A DNA stretch of 64,000 nucleotides from an uncultured Verrucomicrobiaceae bacterium (GCA_964386045.1 CAYLRA010000003.1:9006-73005), one strand, 5' to 3'; positions 45,854 to 58,500 are shown, counted from the first letter of the stretch. Numbers and translations: made by a program. Notes: generated by a model not told the origin, from the sequence alone.

Positions 45854-47410
45854 ATGAAACTGAAAGCGCTCTCGATCGCCGTCGCCGCCAGCTCGCTGCT
45901 GGCCGGCGCGGCCCACGCCATCGTGCCGAACGCCGCCAGCGGCTTCGAGGCACTCGCTGTCTCCGCCAACGCCAAGCTCTACGCGGCCGGCGCATCGGCC
46001 CAGGATGGCGCGGTCATCGGCCATGTGCTGAGCAACCTGTGCGTCAGCGACCGCGACCTCTATACCGACCGCACTCCCGCCCAGATCACCGCGGGCACCT
46101 TTGTCGGCAGCAACGATACCTCCGTCGCCTGCGTCGTCTCCGAATCCGCGCTCGGCGCTGATCTCAACGGCAACGGCAATACGGCCGACAGCGCCCCCTT
46201 CCTGTTTCGCAAACTGACCGCCGGCGGCTCTGCCAACGGTGTCATTCCGGTGGCCAATGGCACGCCGGCCACCGCCGCCTCTCGCGCGATCAACACCAGC
46301 AACTGCCAGCAGGTGGGCGCCACCCACACCGTTCTGGGCACCCCGGGCGTCCGCGTCTGGAGCTGCGGCACCGCCGGCCAGCAGGCCGTCATTCCGACCG
46401 TCGGCCTGGCCGATGTCGAGCCCGAGCTGTTCGCCGAGGGTGGTCCGAACGCCATCGGCTCGTTCAATCTGGCCAACATCGACACGCTGCCGACGCTGTC
46501 GCTGACCTTCGGCGTGCCGGTCACGCTGAACCTGCGCAATGCGCTGCAGCAGGCACAGGGGCTGACCTCCGGCTCCGATGCGTTGGCCGACATGCCGTCG
46601 CTGACCAGCGCCCAGCTCACCAGCCTGTACAGCGGCAAGATCGGCAGCTGGAATAGCTTCGAGAACGCCGCTGGTGCCAAGCTGCCGGCGCTGGCCACAG
46701 TCGGGCCGGTGAACGACCGCGTCCATGTCTGCCGCCGCACCGTTGGCTCTGGCACCCAGGCCACCGTCAACGCACTGTTCCTGTCTAACCCGTGCGGTCC
46801 GGGCCGGATTGCACCGGCAGTGGACAACACCGCGCAGACAGCGACCGATGGTACGGGCAACTACGCCACTCTGCCGTTCGGTGGTGCCGCCGCCATTCAC
46901 GAGCTTGCGAGCTCCGGCGGTGTGAATACCTGCCTCGATACGCTGCAAACCCAGAACCGCTGGGGTATCGGTATCCAGACGCTGGAGCAGGGCAACAACA
47001 ACTGGCGTTTCATCAAGGTCGATGGCTACGCGCCGACGCTGGAGAACGTCGCCGCCAACAAGTACTCCTTCTGGGCTGAAAACGTCATCACGGTGCGGTC
47101 GAACCAGGCTGCCAACAGCGTCTCCAGGGCGTTCTTCACCGGCTTCCGCCCGGCACAGGATCTGGCCGAGCTGAACGCGACGTTCAACCCGCGCATCACC
47201 GAGGTCTCCGCGTCGATTGCCAACGGTCGCTGCGACAATGGTGAAACCTGCGTTGGCTACCTCTATCCGTTCAATTACACGGGTGGCGCGGTGCCAGCTC
47301 CGTTCCAGAACAGCGTGCCGACGATGTCGGCCACCCGCGCCGGTCTTTCCGGCCAGGGCGCTCCCAGCATGTGCCGTCCCTCGATCATCCAGACCGATTC
47401 GGTGCTGTGA
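45854..47410 (+). CDS. Secreted periplasmic-binding-protein-like (PstS-type fold) protein with no transporter partner in the window
   Basis: 518 aa. Signal peptide MKLKALSIAVAASSLLAGAAHA. PstS-like segments include LTSAQLTSLYSGKIGSWNS, RRTVGSGTQATV and IKVDGYAPTLENVAANKYSFW. Family assignment is by pattern only. Confidence 0.5.
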   Translation: MKLKALSIAVAASSLLAGAAHAIVPNAASGFEALAVSANAKLYAAGASAQDGAVIGHVLSNLCVSDRDLYTDRTPAQITAGTFVGSNDTSVACVVSESALGADLNGNGNTADSAPFLFRKLTAGGSANGVIPVANGTPATAASRAINTSNCQQVGATHTVLGTPGVRVWSCGTAGQQAVIPTVGLADVEPELFAEGGPNAIGSFNLANIDTLPTLSLTFGVPVTLNLRNALQQAQGLTSGSDALADMPSLTSAQLTSLYSGKIGSWNSFENAAGAKLPALATVGPVNDRVHVCRRTVGSGTQATVNALFLSNPCGPGRIAPAVDNTAQTATDGTGNYATLPFGGAAAIHELASSGGVNTCLDTLQTQNRWGIGIQTLEQGNNNWRFIKVDGYAPTLENVAANKYSFWAENVITVRSNQAANSVSRAFFTGFRPAQDLAELNATFNPRITEVSASIANGRCDNGETCVGYLYPFNYTGGAVPAPFQNSVPTMSATRAGLSGQGAPSMCRPSIIQTDSVL

Positions 47411-47514
47411 TCGCGGCAGTCTGATATCGGTACCGTGTGATATCGGTGACAGCGTGTTGTGATATCGGCAACAGAAAGTCGCCAAAGGCCCGGTGCAATG
47501 CCGGGCCGCGTTTG

Positions 47515-47544
47515 GAAGCCGGGATATTTCCCGGCTTCTTTTTT
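47515..47544 (+). terminator. Rho-independent terminator
   Basis: GAAGCCGGGA-TATT-TCCCGGCTTC followed by TTTTTT. It separates the PEP-CTERM/PBP-like transcription unit from the TPS leader. Confidence 0.85.
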
Positions 47545-47689
47545 CAACGTATGAAAAATGTATGTCGTTTTGTCATCGGTTCGTATTTCGATGCGACGAC
47601 AGGATGCGTGAAATAAAGTTCAGGAAATTTCTGCGTTTTCACAAAAGGTTCAACGCAACGTCATCTGCGCCGGCTACCTTGGCGCAGCG

Positions 47690-47775
47690 TTTTCGAGTGC
47701 CACCCCCGTCGCGAGGCGGGTCCGGAAAGCCGCGGGTCTCGTCCCCTGATGAGACAGCCGGGCTGCAATGTGTCT
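47690..47775 (+). promoter_or_regulatory. c-di-GMP-I (GEMM-I, type 2)-like riboswitch aptamer, copy 2
   Basis: Shares an identical 23-nt core (TGCCACCCCCGTCGCGAGGCGGG) and the CGGAAAGCC, CGGGTCTC, GAGAC and GCCGGG blocks with copy 1. The second-helix loop differs in length (10 vs 18 nt) and one pair changes G-U to G-C. Sits about 115 nt upstream of tpsB. Confidence 0.6.
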
Positions 47776-47890
47776 GCATGAACAACGGGCCTGTCGTCGC
47801 ACTTCGCAGTGCCTGATTCCATATCGAGATTCCATTGCCCGTCGCGCTGGTTAAAAAGGGGCGGCAAGGAGCTCGTTTATTGTCCGGGAA

Positions 47891-49531
47891 ATGGAATCGA
47901 TGAGTTTCGGTAATGCTGGGGGTGCGACGGATTCATCGCGCGGTGCGTCGGGATTTTTTCTCGCCCGGTTGCTCGTTGCGATCGCGTTTTCAATCGCGTT
48001 TTTGATCGTCCTCACCTCCCGATCCGTCGCCGATGAGGTGGAGAGCCGCTTCGATATCTGGGAGTACCGCATCGAGGGAAACTCGCTGCTCGATACCGAC
48101 AGGATCGAACTGGCGGTGACGCCGTATCTGGGACCGCAGCGACTGATCGAGGATGTCAACGAGGCGGCGGCCAATCTCGAGCGCACCTATCGCGACGGTG
48201 GCTACCCGACCATCTACGTCGACATTCCGGAGCAGGATGTGGTCGGCGGCGTCGTCACGCTGCGCGTCGTCGAGGGCAGGCTCGACCGCGTGCGGATCGA
48301 GGGGTCGCGTTACTTCACCCTTTCCGGCATCCGCCACAGGATGCAGTCGCTGGAGTCGGGCAAGCCGCTGCATGTGCCGACCATGCAGCGGGAGCTGCAC
48401 GCACTCAATGCGCTGTCGCCCGACCTGAAGGTGGTGCCGGTATTGAAGCAGGGCCGCACGCTGGGCGCCGTCGATCTCGATCTGAAGGTCAACGACCAGC
48501 TGCCGCTGCACGGTTCGGTCGAGCTGAACAACTACAACTCGGCCAACACCAGCGATACGCGCCTTGGCGTCTCGCTCAGCTACGACAACCTGTGGCAGAA
48601 GCAGCACAGCTTCGGCATGCAGTGGCAGACCTCGCCGGAGGATATGGATGAGGTCGACGTGCTGGTCGGCACCTATATCGCGCCGTGGTTCGACAGCGGC
48701 AATCGCATCGCCGCCTATATCGTCGATTCCAGCTCCAATGTCGCTTCCGTCGGCGATATCAACGTGATCGGCGACGGCACCATCTACGGCGTGCGGTTCG
48801 TCATGCCGCTGCCCTCCGGGCGCGACTTTTTCCACTCGCTGAACCTGGGCGCGGATTACAAGGACTACAACGAGATCATCCGCCTCGACGTCGAGAGCGC
48901 GATCCAGACACCGATCGACTATCTGGTCTGGTCGCTCCAGTACAACGCCACGCAGATGCGCGAGAAGAGTCGGGTGCAGTGGAATGTCGGTGCCAATTTC
49001 GGCGTTCGCGGCATCGGCAACTCCGACGAGGAGTTCTTCGACAAGCGCAGTTCGGCCCACAGCAATTTCGTCTACCTGCGCGCGTCGATGCAGCGCACCG
49101 ATCTGCTGCCGCGGGACTGGCAGCTGCGCTCTACCGTCCGAGCCCAGCTCAGTGATTCGCCGCTGATCAACAACGAACAGTTCAGCCAGGGCGGCGTGAG
49201 CAGCGTGCGTGGCTACTACGAGTCACAGGCGCTCGGGGACGACGGCATCGGCATCGGTTTCGAAGTGCGTACACCGCATCTGCTGACGAGGTTCGACGCG
49301 ATCGACGAGCTGCGCCTGCTCGCCTTCCTGGAAGGGGCGCATCTGCGGGTGCAGGAGCCGCTGCCCGATCAACTGGACGAAGTGAATCTGGCCAGCGTCG
49401 GCGTCGGCCTCGCCGTATCGGCGCGCAGGCAGCTGCATCTCTCGCTGAACTGGGGTTTCGCGCTGCGCGACAACGGCGGGATCGACGCTGGCGATGACCG
49501 TCTCAACGCCGGACTGGAATGGAAATTCTGA
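47891..49531 (+). CDS. TpsB transporter (ShlB/FhaC/HecB family, POTRA + 16-strand Omp85-type barrel)
   Basis: 546 aa. Signal/TM FFLARLLVAIAFSIAFLIVLTSRSVA. POTRA-like FDIWEYRIEGNSLL...VTLRVVEGRLDRVRIEGSRYF. C-terminal barrel ending ...GLEWKF (aromatic terminus). The exact start is uncertain. Confidence 0.85.
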   Translation: MESMSFGNAGGATDSSRGASGFFLARLLVAIAFSIAFLIVLTSRSVADEVESRFDIWEYRIEGNSLLDTDRIELAVTPYLGPQRLIEDVNEAAANLERTYRDGGYPTIYVDIPEQDVVGGVVTLRVVEGRLDRVRIEGSRYFTLSGIRHRMQSLESGKPLHVPTMQRELHALNALSPDLKVVPVLKQGRTLGAVDLDLKVNDQLPLHGSVELNNYNSANTSDTRLGVSLSYDNLWQKQHSFGMQWQTSPEDMDEVDVLVGTYIAPWFDSGNRIAAYIVDSSSNVASVGDINVIGDGTIYGVRFVMPLPSGRDFFHSLNLGADYKDYNEIIRLDVESAIQTPIDYLVWSLQYNATQMREKSRVQWNVGANFGVRGIGNSDEEFFDKRSSAHSNFVYLRASMQRTDLLPRDWQLRSTVRAQLSDSPLINNEQFSQGGVSSVRGYYESQALGDDGIGIGFEVRTPHLLTRFDAIDELRLLAFLEGAHLRVQEPLPDQLDEVNLASVGVGLAVSARRQLHLSLNWGFALRDNGGIDAGDDRLNAGLEWKF

Positions 49532-52500
49532 CGATGAAAGTTCGCCGCCTCGATCGCCACTCTGATCGCCGCCTCGATCTCCACCCCGGGAGCACCATGA
49601 CTGAGAGCAGCATGGATTCGCGCGACTGGCGGCAGCGGCCGCTGCCGCGCCTGCTGGTGGCCGTCACCTGCTCGGCACTGCTGTTCAGCAGCAGCGCGCC
49701 GCTGTATGCCGCGCCGCCGGTCAATGCGCTGCCGGTGGCGGCGGGCAACTGGCTGCAGGCGGGCAGTGCGGCCAGCGCCACCGTCGGCAACGCGATGACG
49801 GTTACCCAGAGCAGCAACCGGGCGATCCTGAACTGGGAGAGTTTCAACATCGGTCGCGACGCGTCGGTGCGTTTCGACCAGCCGTCGGCGTCGGCGTCGG
49901 CGCTGAATCGCATCGGCGGCAACGCGCCGAGCGAAATCTTCGGCCAGCTCAGTGCCAACGGCCAGATCTACCTGATCAACAACAACGGCATCCTGTTTGG
50001 TGAGGGCGCGCAGGTGAACGTGCGCGGCCTGGTCGCGTCGACGCTGAATATCGACAGCGACCAGTTCCTGAACGGCACGCTCGGCAGCGCCATTGCCAGC
50101 GGCGATGCCATCTTCGCCGGCGGCTCCGCCGTCGATGCCGCGATCATCGTCGACAGCGGTGCGCGTCTGGTCGCCGAGAGCGGAGGCCAGATCCTGATGT
50201 TTGCGCCGACGGTCGAGAACCGCGGCGAGATCGTCACGCCGGACGGGCAGACGCTGCTGGCCGCCAGCAGCGATCGCGTCTATCTGGTCAACTCCGATCG
50301 CGACTCCGACCTGCGCGGCCTGCTGGTCGAGGTCGGCACCGGCGGCGACGTGCGCAATGTCGGCCGCATCATCGCCGAGCGCGGCAACATCACGCTGGCG
50401 GGCCTCGCCGTCAACCAGGGTGGCACGCTGCGCGCGACCACGTCGGTCGACGTCAACGGTTCGATCCGGCTGGTGGCGCGCGATGGCGCGACGGCGGTGA
50501 ACCGCTCCACGTCGACGGACAACCGTTTCATCGCCAACCAGTTTCTGGATGGCGCCGACGAACTGACCGGGACCAGCGGCGACTACCTGCCGCAGGCGAC
50601 CCGCACCGGCACGGTGACGCTGGCGCAGGGTTCGCTCACCGAAGTGGTCGCCGACGACAGCGGCAAGAGCGCCACCGACGCGGCGCTGCAGCCGCAGTCG
50701 CGTATCCAGATGCTCGGCGCCACGATCGCGCTGGAGCGCGATGCCCGCGTGCGGGCGCCGGCCGGGCGGGTCGATCTGGTCGCCACCACCGATCCCGCAA
50801 CCGTCCCCCGACCGGGCGAGGCGAGAATCGGCGACGGGCGCATCCATCTCGCCGAGGGCAGCAGCATCGATGTCTCCGGCGAGCATGTGCTGTTGCCGGT
50901 GGAGCGGCGCACGATCGAAGTGGAGCTGCGCGGCGACGAGCTGAAGGATGCGCCGCTGCAGCGCGACGGCGTGCTGCGCGGCAAGACGGTGCGCGTCGAC
51001 ATCCATCAGGGCAGCCCGCTGATTTCCGATCTGTCGCCGTGGCTGGCGACGGTGCGCAAGGGGGTGCGCGAGCGGATGACGGACGGCGGCACCGTCAATC
51101 TGCTCAGCGCCGGCGAGGTGGTGGTGGCCGGTGGGGTCATCGATGTTTCCGGTGGCAGCATCAGCTACGAGGCCGGTCCGGTGAGCACCACCAAACTGTT
51201 GTCGCTCGGCGGGATCGTCGACATCGGTGTCGCCAATCCCAACCAGCGCTACGACGGCATCCTCGGCCAGGGCGAGTCGATCCATCCGAAGTGGGGCAAG
51301 ACGATCTTCGGCAGCAACTCGCTGTTCGAGCGCGGCACCTGGCACGACGGTTACACCGACGGCGCCGGCGGCGGCCTGCTCAATATCGAGACGCCGCTGC
51401 TGTATGGATTCGATCGGCTCGATCTGCGGGCGCACACGGTGCAGGGGCAGCGCCAGCGCATCGCCGCCATCGAGCCGTCGGCGTCGCGGCTCAACGTCAA
51501 TCTCGCCGTCGGCAACAGCATCGTCGAGCGCATCCTGCGGTTGTCACAGCAGGCGTCGAGCCAGTCACTGGCGGTCGGCGACGCGATTCCCGGCGACGCG
51601 GCCGACACGCCGATGATGATCTCTGCAGAGGCACTCAACCGCAGCGGCATCGGCAGTATCGCGCTGAAGACGCATGGCGATGCCGAGGTGACCGCCGATG
51701 CCGACCTGCAACTGCGCCCCGGTGCAGCCATCGCCATCGACGCGGCGACCATCACCGTCGACGGCAGGCTGCGCAGCGCCGGTGGTTCGATCGCGCTGAC
51801 CACCGGGCAGCAGCCGGTCGCCGTCACCGACGCCAATGCGCAGTTCCCGCTGCGGCTCGGCGCCGGCGCGCTGCTCGATGTCAGCGGCAACTGGAGCAAC
51901 GATCTGTTCGAGACGGCGCGCGGTGCTGTGCCGACGGGTCGCGTCGCGCGCGATGGTGGTTCGATCGAACTGTTCGCCGATGGCGATCTGCTGATCGCCG
52001 ACGGCGCGCGGCTGCTGGCCGATGCCGGCGCGCAGTTGACCAGCGGCAACCAGCTGATCGGCGGCGACGGCGGCCGCATCGCGCTGACCACTGACGCGAC
52101 CGTCAACGACGATGCCGGTTCGCGGCTGCAACTGCCGGCCGATGCGCTCTCCGCGTATGGCTTCGGCCGCGGCGGCACGCTGTCGATCGAGGCCAATGCC
52201 ATCGCGGTCGGCGAGGCGTCCGCCGATCCGCTGACGCTGCTGCTGGACGAGGCGTTTTTCGCACGCGGCGGTTTCGGCAGCTTCGAGCTGAATGCCAACC
52301 GGCATGGCATCCGCATCGCCGATGGCGCGTCGATCGCGCTGCGCCAGCGCAACTACGAGATCAACGATATCCAGGCCGCCTCGCGGCAGCGCTCCGGCGA
52401 CAGCGTTTCGCCGCTGGCACGCATCGTGACGCTGCGCGACGAACTGCGCGGCGCGGTCGACCTCTCGCTGACCGCGGTGCGGGGCGCGTTCGGCGCGCTC

Positions 52501-55500
52501 GGCCAGGGGCGTATCCATATCGGCAGCGGCAGCCGCATCGACGGCGATGCCGGTGCTCGCATCGCCATCGCCGGCGATGACTCTATCTACATCGACGGTG
52601 CGCTGAACGCGCCCGGCGGTTCGATCAGCATCGATCTGAAACTGCCGCCGAACGCGGATACCAAGGAGAACTACCGCGCCGACCTGGCGGTCTGGTTCGG
52701 CAGCGGCGCGGCGCTGAACGTGGCGGCGACCCGGGAGCTGCGCCAGAACAGCGCGGGCCTGCTGCTGGCCGATATCTTCGATGCCGGCACCATCGCGGTG
52801 AACGCGCAGCGCGGCGCGATCGTCGCCGAGCCGGGGTCGCTGTTCGACGTCAGCGGCGCGCGCTTCGCGATCGACCGGCAGCGCTTCAGCGGTACGCCGC
52901 TACTCGGCCACTACCGCGACAACGTCGCCGCCGCCGCCGGTTCGATCGAATTCTCCGCGGCCGAAGCGCTGCTGATCCATGGCGACCTGCGCGGTGCCGG
53001 CGTCACCGGTGGCCAGTCCGGTTCGCTGGCGTTTCGCCTCGACCGCAACCTGCGATCGATTCCGATCGCCGGCAGCAGCTTCCCGGTGGGCGACCTGCAG
53101 ATCGAGCTGCAGCAGGCTCTGCCGGCCTGGGCCGGACTCGATTTTGGCGCGGCGCTGCCGACGGCGTTGCGCGGCCGCGGCCTGGTCGGCGCCGATGCGG
53201 TCATGGCCGGCGGCTTCGGCAGCCTGACGCTGGGCGCGGCCAATACCGACAACGATCTCTCGCCCGGCGCCATCAGCGGCTACGGTGTCGTCGCTTTCGC
53301 TTCGGACATCGACGCCGGCGCGCTGTCGCTGGTCGACACGTTGTGGCTCGACGCGACACAGATCGACCTGCGCGGCCATCGCGTCGCGATCGGCGCCGGC
53401 CAGGTCCGGCTCGGGCAGGACGACAACGGCATCACCGATACGCAGAACGCGACGGCGCAATACCTGCGAACCGCCACCGCCGGCAGCGGCGAGCTGCAAC
53501 TCGACGGCCGTTTCATCGAGCTGCTCGGCAATGTCGGGATCAGCGGCGCCGAGCGGGTGACACTGAACAGCAGCGGCGATATCCGCCTGCGCGCCTTGAC
53601 CGGCATCGATCCGGCCACCGGCATTGCCGGTCGCGTGCTGGCGCCGGCGCAGCTGCAGACACCGGCCAACCTGCATCTGCGCGCGGCGCAGATCTATCCG
53701 TCGACGCTGACCGACTACACGATCCGGCTGACCGGCGCCGATTCGCTGTTCTCGACCAGCGCCAGCGGCGGCGCGCGCACGCCGATTCTTGCCGCCGGCG
53801 GTTCGCTGAAGGTCGATGCGCCGCGCATCGAACACGGCGGCGTGCTGGCGTCGCCACTCGGCGAAATCCTGCTGGGAACGGCCGCCACCCGCGAGATCAC
53901 GCTGCTGGCTGGTTCCAATCTCGACGTGTCGGCCAGCCAGCCGGTGCCATTCGGTCGGCTGCGCGCCGACATCGACTGGATCTATCCGATCCTCGCCAGT
54001 GCCCCGCTGGTGATCGCCGCGCCGCCGGAAAAGCGGGTGGAGCTGACGGCCGACGCGATCGACATGCGCGATGGCGCGCGCATCGATGTCAGCGGCGGTG
54101 GTGACATCACCGCGTTCGAATTCATCGCCGGCCCCGGCGGCTCGCGCGATTTCCTCGACGCGGAACATGCCGGGGGCGGTTTTGCCGTGGTGCCGTGGCT
54201 CGGCAGCGAGATCGCGCCGCACGACACCGTGGAGATGGCCGGCAGCGGCATCGCATCGGGGCAGGTCGTCTGGCTCGAAGGTGGCAACGGTCTGCCGGCC
54301 GGCAACTACGCCGTGCTGCCGGCGCACTACGCGCTGCTGCCAGGTGCTTATCTCGTGACACCAGTCGGCGGTGGCTGGAGTCCGGGGCAGCGCGTCACCA
54401 CCACGGCCGGCACGCAGATCGTCGCCGGCCGTCTCGGCCGCGCCTTCGGCGCCGGGCAGGCGAGCGCCTGGAGCGGGTTCAGCATCGAGACCGGCGAGGT
54501 GGTTCGTGCGCGCAGCCAGTACATCGAGCGCAGCGGCAACGACTACTTCGCCGATACCGGTGTCGATCTGGCGCGCGATGCTGGTCGCGTCGTCATCGAC
54601 GCCGACAGCGCGCTGCAGCTCAACGGCGTGATCGGCTCGCAGAGCCAGCAGGGGCGCGGCGCCCAGCTCGACATCGTCGCCAATGCCATCGAGGTGGTGG
54701 AGAGCACCGGCTCCGGTGGCGCGGCGATCCAGCTCGCGGCCGATGCGCTGAACGGGCTCGGCGTCGACAGCCTGCTGCTCGGCGGGCGCCGCTCGCGCGA
54801 GGGTGGCGATACCCGCATCGAAGTCAGCGCCGACAGCGTCGTGATCCGCGGCGGCGCCGAGCTGTCGGTGCCGGACCTGCTGCTGGCGGCGCGCGATGAG
54901 GTGACGCTGGAGAGCGGCGCGTCGATCCGCGGCAGCGGCGCGTCGAGCGTCGAGACCGAGCGCTTCCTGCTCGATGGTGACGGCGCCTTCCTGCGCGCCT
55001 CGACTGCCTCGCAGGCCGATGTGGTGCGCGGCAACGTCGATGGCGATCGCGGCATGCTGACGCTGGCGGAGGGATCGTCGATCAGCGGCGTCCGCTCGGT
55101 GCTGCTCGATGCCACCGCCGACATGGAGCTGCAGGGCGCGCTGGCGCTGGAGCAGGGGTCGCTGAACCTGACCGCCAACCGCATCAGCCTCGGCGATGCA
55201 CCGGCCGGCGGCGGCGTCAGCTTCACCCCGGCACAGCTGGCGGCGCTCAACGCGCGCGAACTGCGGCTCAGCAGCCGCAGCAGCATCGACTTCCACGGCA
55301 GCATCGATTTCGCCAGCGACGACGTTCAGTTCAACGCCGGCGCGCTGCGCAGCATGGTGGCCGGAGACGTCGACGTGACCGCCGCGCGCAGCCTGCAGCT
55401 GAGCAATACCGGCGACGTCGTGGCACCAGCGTCGAACAGCGGCGGCGGCACGCTGCGGCTGGCGGCGGCGCGGGTCGAACTCGGCAACGAGCGCGACGAC

Positions 55501-58500
55501 GACACCCGCATGACGCTGGACGGTTTCGACCGGGTCGAGCTCGGCGCGGCGCAGCTGACGCAGCAGATCATCGGCCAGGGGCTGTTCGAGCTGGCGGTCG
55601 GCGGCGATCTGGCGATGACCGCCGATCGAGTCACGGTGGCCGGCGGTGACGACACGCGGATCGAGGCCGGTGGGGCGGTGACTCTCGCGCGCGCCGGCGC
55701 GGACCCGCTCGGTGCCGCGACGCCGATGGGCGGCACGCTGGCGGTGAATGCGCAGCGCATCGTGCAGGGCGGCGTCATCGATCTGATCGGCGGCGCGCTG
55801 GCATTGACCGCCAACGGCGCCGGCGCCGATGACGGCATCGTGCTGCTGGCCGGATCGGAGACCCGCGTCGCCGGGCACTCGATCGCCGCGCCGCAGGGAT
55901 GGGTCAGCGGCGACGCCGGTGCCATCCGTCTGCACAGCACTAACGGTTCGATCGAGGCGCAGGCGGGCGCGGTGGTCGATCTCGCTGGCGGCGAGCACGG
56001 CGGTGATGCCGGCCTGCTGTCGATCGGTGCCGCCAACGGCGACGTCGACTGGCAGGCGACCACCCACGCCAACGCGGTCGCCGGCGCCAGTGGCGGCAGC
56101 CTGGTCGTGGACAAGCGGACGCTGGCCGACGCCGGGCAGTGGGCGGCGCTGGCCGGCAGCGCCGGTTTCGACCGGCGTGTCCATCTGCGCGCGCGCAGCG
56201 GCGACGTGGCCATCGACAGCGATATTCGCGCCGCCGATATCGAGATCGCCGCGGACGGCGGTTCGCTGTTGCTGGCGGCCACGCTGGATGCCTCGGGCGG
56301 CAAGGGCGGCCGGGTCGGCCTCCATGCCGGTGCCGACCTGACACTGACGGAGAGTGCCCGCATCGATGCTTCCGCCAGCGCGGCCGACGGGCGCGGTGGC
56401 CGCGTGGAGCTGGGCACGCAGGGCGCCTTGAACAGTGGCGGCGAGTCCGGTCGCCTGCTGCTGGCGGCGGGCAGCCGTATCGATGTCGCCGGTGGCGGCG
56501 GCGACGGGCGCGGCGGCAGCGTGCACCTGCGCGCGCCGCGGGTGGCGGCCAACAGCGACGTCGCCGTCGATATCGAGGCGGGTGCCGTCATCGCCGGTGC
56601 CGAGACGGTGGTGGTGGAGGGTGTGCAGCGCTACGACAGCGACACGCTGGGCAGCGCGCTGCTGGCCATGGCGCTGGGCGAGGCCGACAGCTTCATGGCC
56701 GGCGAGGCGGCGATCGCGCAGCGGCTGGCGGCAGTGCAGGGAATCAGCGTGCGGCCGGGTATCGAGGTGCGCAGCGATGCCGACCTGACGGTCAGCGGCG
56801 GCGACATCGATCTCTCCGGCTGGCGCTTCGGCGGCGACGACCGGCCCGGGGTCCTGACGCTGCGCGCGCGGGGCGATATCGTGCTGCGCGCGTCGCTGCT
56901 CGACGGCCTGGTCGACGATGTCAGCGAGCTGGCGTTCCTCACTCCGCTGCCGAACCGGGTGCTGTTGCCGGGCGAGTCGTGGTCGTACCGGCTGGTGGCC
57001 GGCGCGGATGGCGACGCCGCCGCGCCGAATGCGGTGAACGGCGGGGCGGGCGACCTGATCATCGCCGACGGCGCCGACATCATCACCGGCGCCGGCTCGA
57101 TCGATCTTGCCGCCGGCGGCAACATCGAGGCCGAACGGGTCGACAGCGTCATCGCCAGTCTCGGCCTGAGCGCCTATTCGACCTACGGGGCCGACCCATT
57201 CACCGGCTTTGATCTGCCGCTGCCGGTGCCGGATACCGGCACGCTGCACCCCGCTCTGCTCTTCTTCACCGGCGCCCAGTACCTGATGTACCCCGAGCGC
57301 GGCGGCGATGTGTCGATCAGCGCCGGCGGCGATATCCGCTTCGCCAGGGCACAGGGGGCGGAGCGCGAACATTTCTTCTCCGACTGGCTGGTACGGATCG
57401 CCGGCGACTACGGCACTCTGACCGGGCTGACACCGCCGTTCACCGCGACCACCTGGGGGGTGTGGGCCAGCTACTTCAGCTATGGCGACCAGTGGGGCGG
57501 CGGAGCCGCCAACGCGCAGGGGGTAGCGGTGCTCGGCGGCGGCGACCTGCGTCTCGATGCCGGTCGCGACATCGTCAACCTGAACGCGGCGCTGCCGGTT
57601 ACCGGCAAACAGACCGGGCGGCTGGAGGGCGGCCTGCCGGTGGAGAACCGGGTACAGCTGCTCGGTGGCGGCGACCTCTTTGCCACGGCGGGTCGCGATA
57701 TCGTGTCGCCGCGCGTTCTGGTGGACAGGGGAGAGGCTGCGTTTCGGGCCGGAGGCGGAATCGGTGCCGCGAGCGGTGGCGGGCTGGACGCGCTGTTCGC
57801 GATTGCCGATACCCGACTCGACGTGCGTGCGATCGGCGATATCGCGATCGGTGCGGTGACCAACAGCACGCTGATACCACAGTCCCGCTTCCAGGCGCTG
57901 TTTACCAACCCCAATGTCAATCTGCTGCCGGAGAGCTACTTCTTCACCTACACCGATGTGGCGCGCGTGAACCTCGCCAGCGCTGGCGGCGACATCAGCC
58001 TGAACCACGATTCGCGCGCGCTGCTGGAGACGTTCCAGTCGAGATGGCAGATCAGCCGGTTCCTGCCGGGCGTGGGCGGTGTGATCAATCTGAACGCGGT
58101 CGGCAAGGACATGTTCTCGCTCTATCCGGGCAGCCTCGACGCGAGCGCGCTGAGCGGCGATATCGCGCTGCACGGGGAGACGACGCTGTTTCCGTCGAGC
58201 CACGGCACGCTGCGCCTGTTCTCTGGCAACGATATCCGGGTGCATGAGAGCGGGACGGTGCGGATGACGGACGTGCCGCTCGACCAGCTGGCCTTCGCGC
58301 ACAATCCGACCGACACCTTCTTCACCGCGCCGAACACGCTGGGGGGCTTCGACGTCGGCGCCGCCGCCCGCCTGCTGGGCAACAGGCCGGCGCCGCTCGA
58401 CTACACGCCGATCCACACCGGCGACACCGCGCCGAACTGGATCACCGCGCTGCACGGCGACATCGACGGGCTCAACGTGGTGCTGCCGAAGCAGACACGC

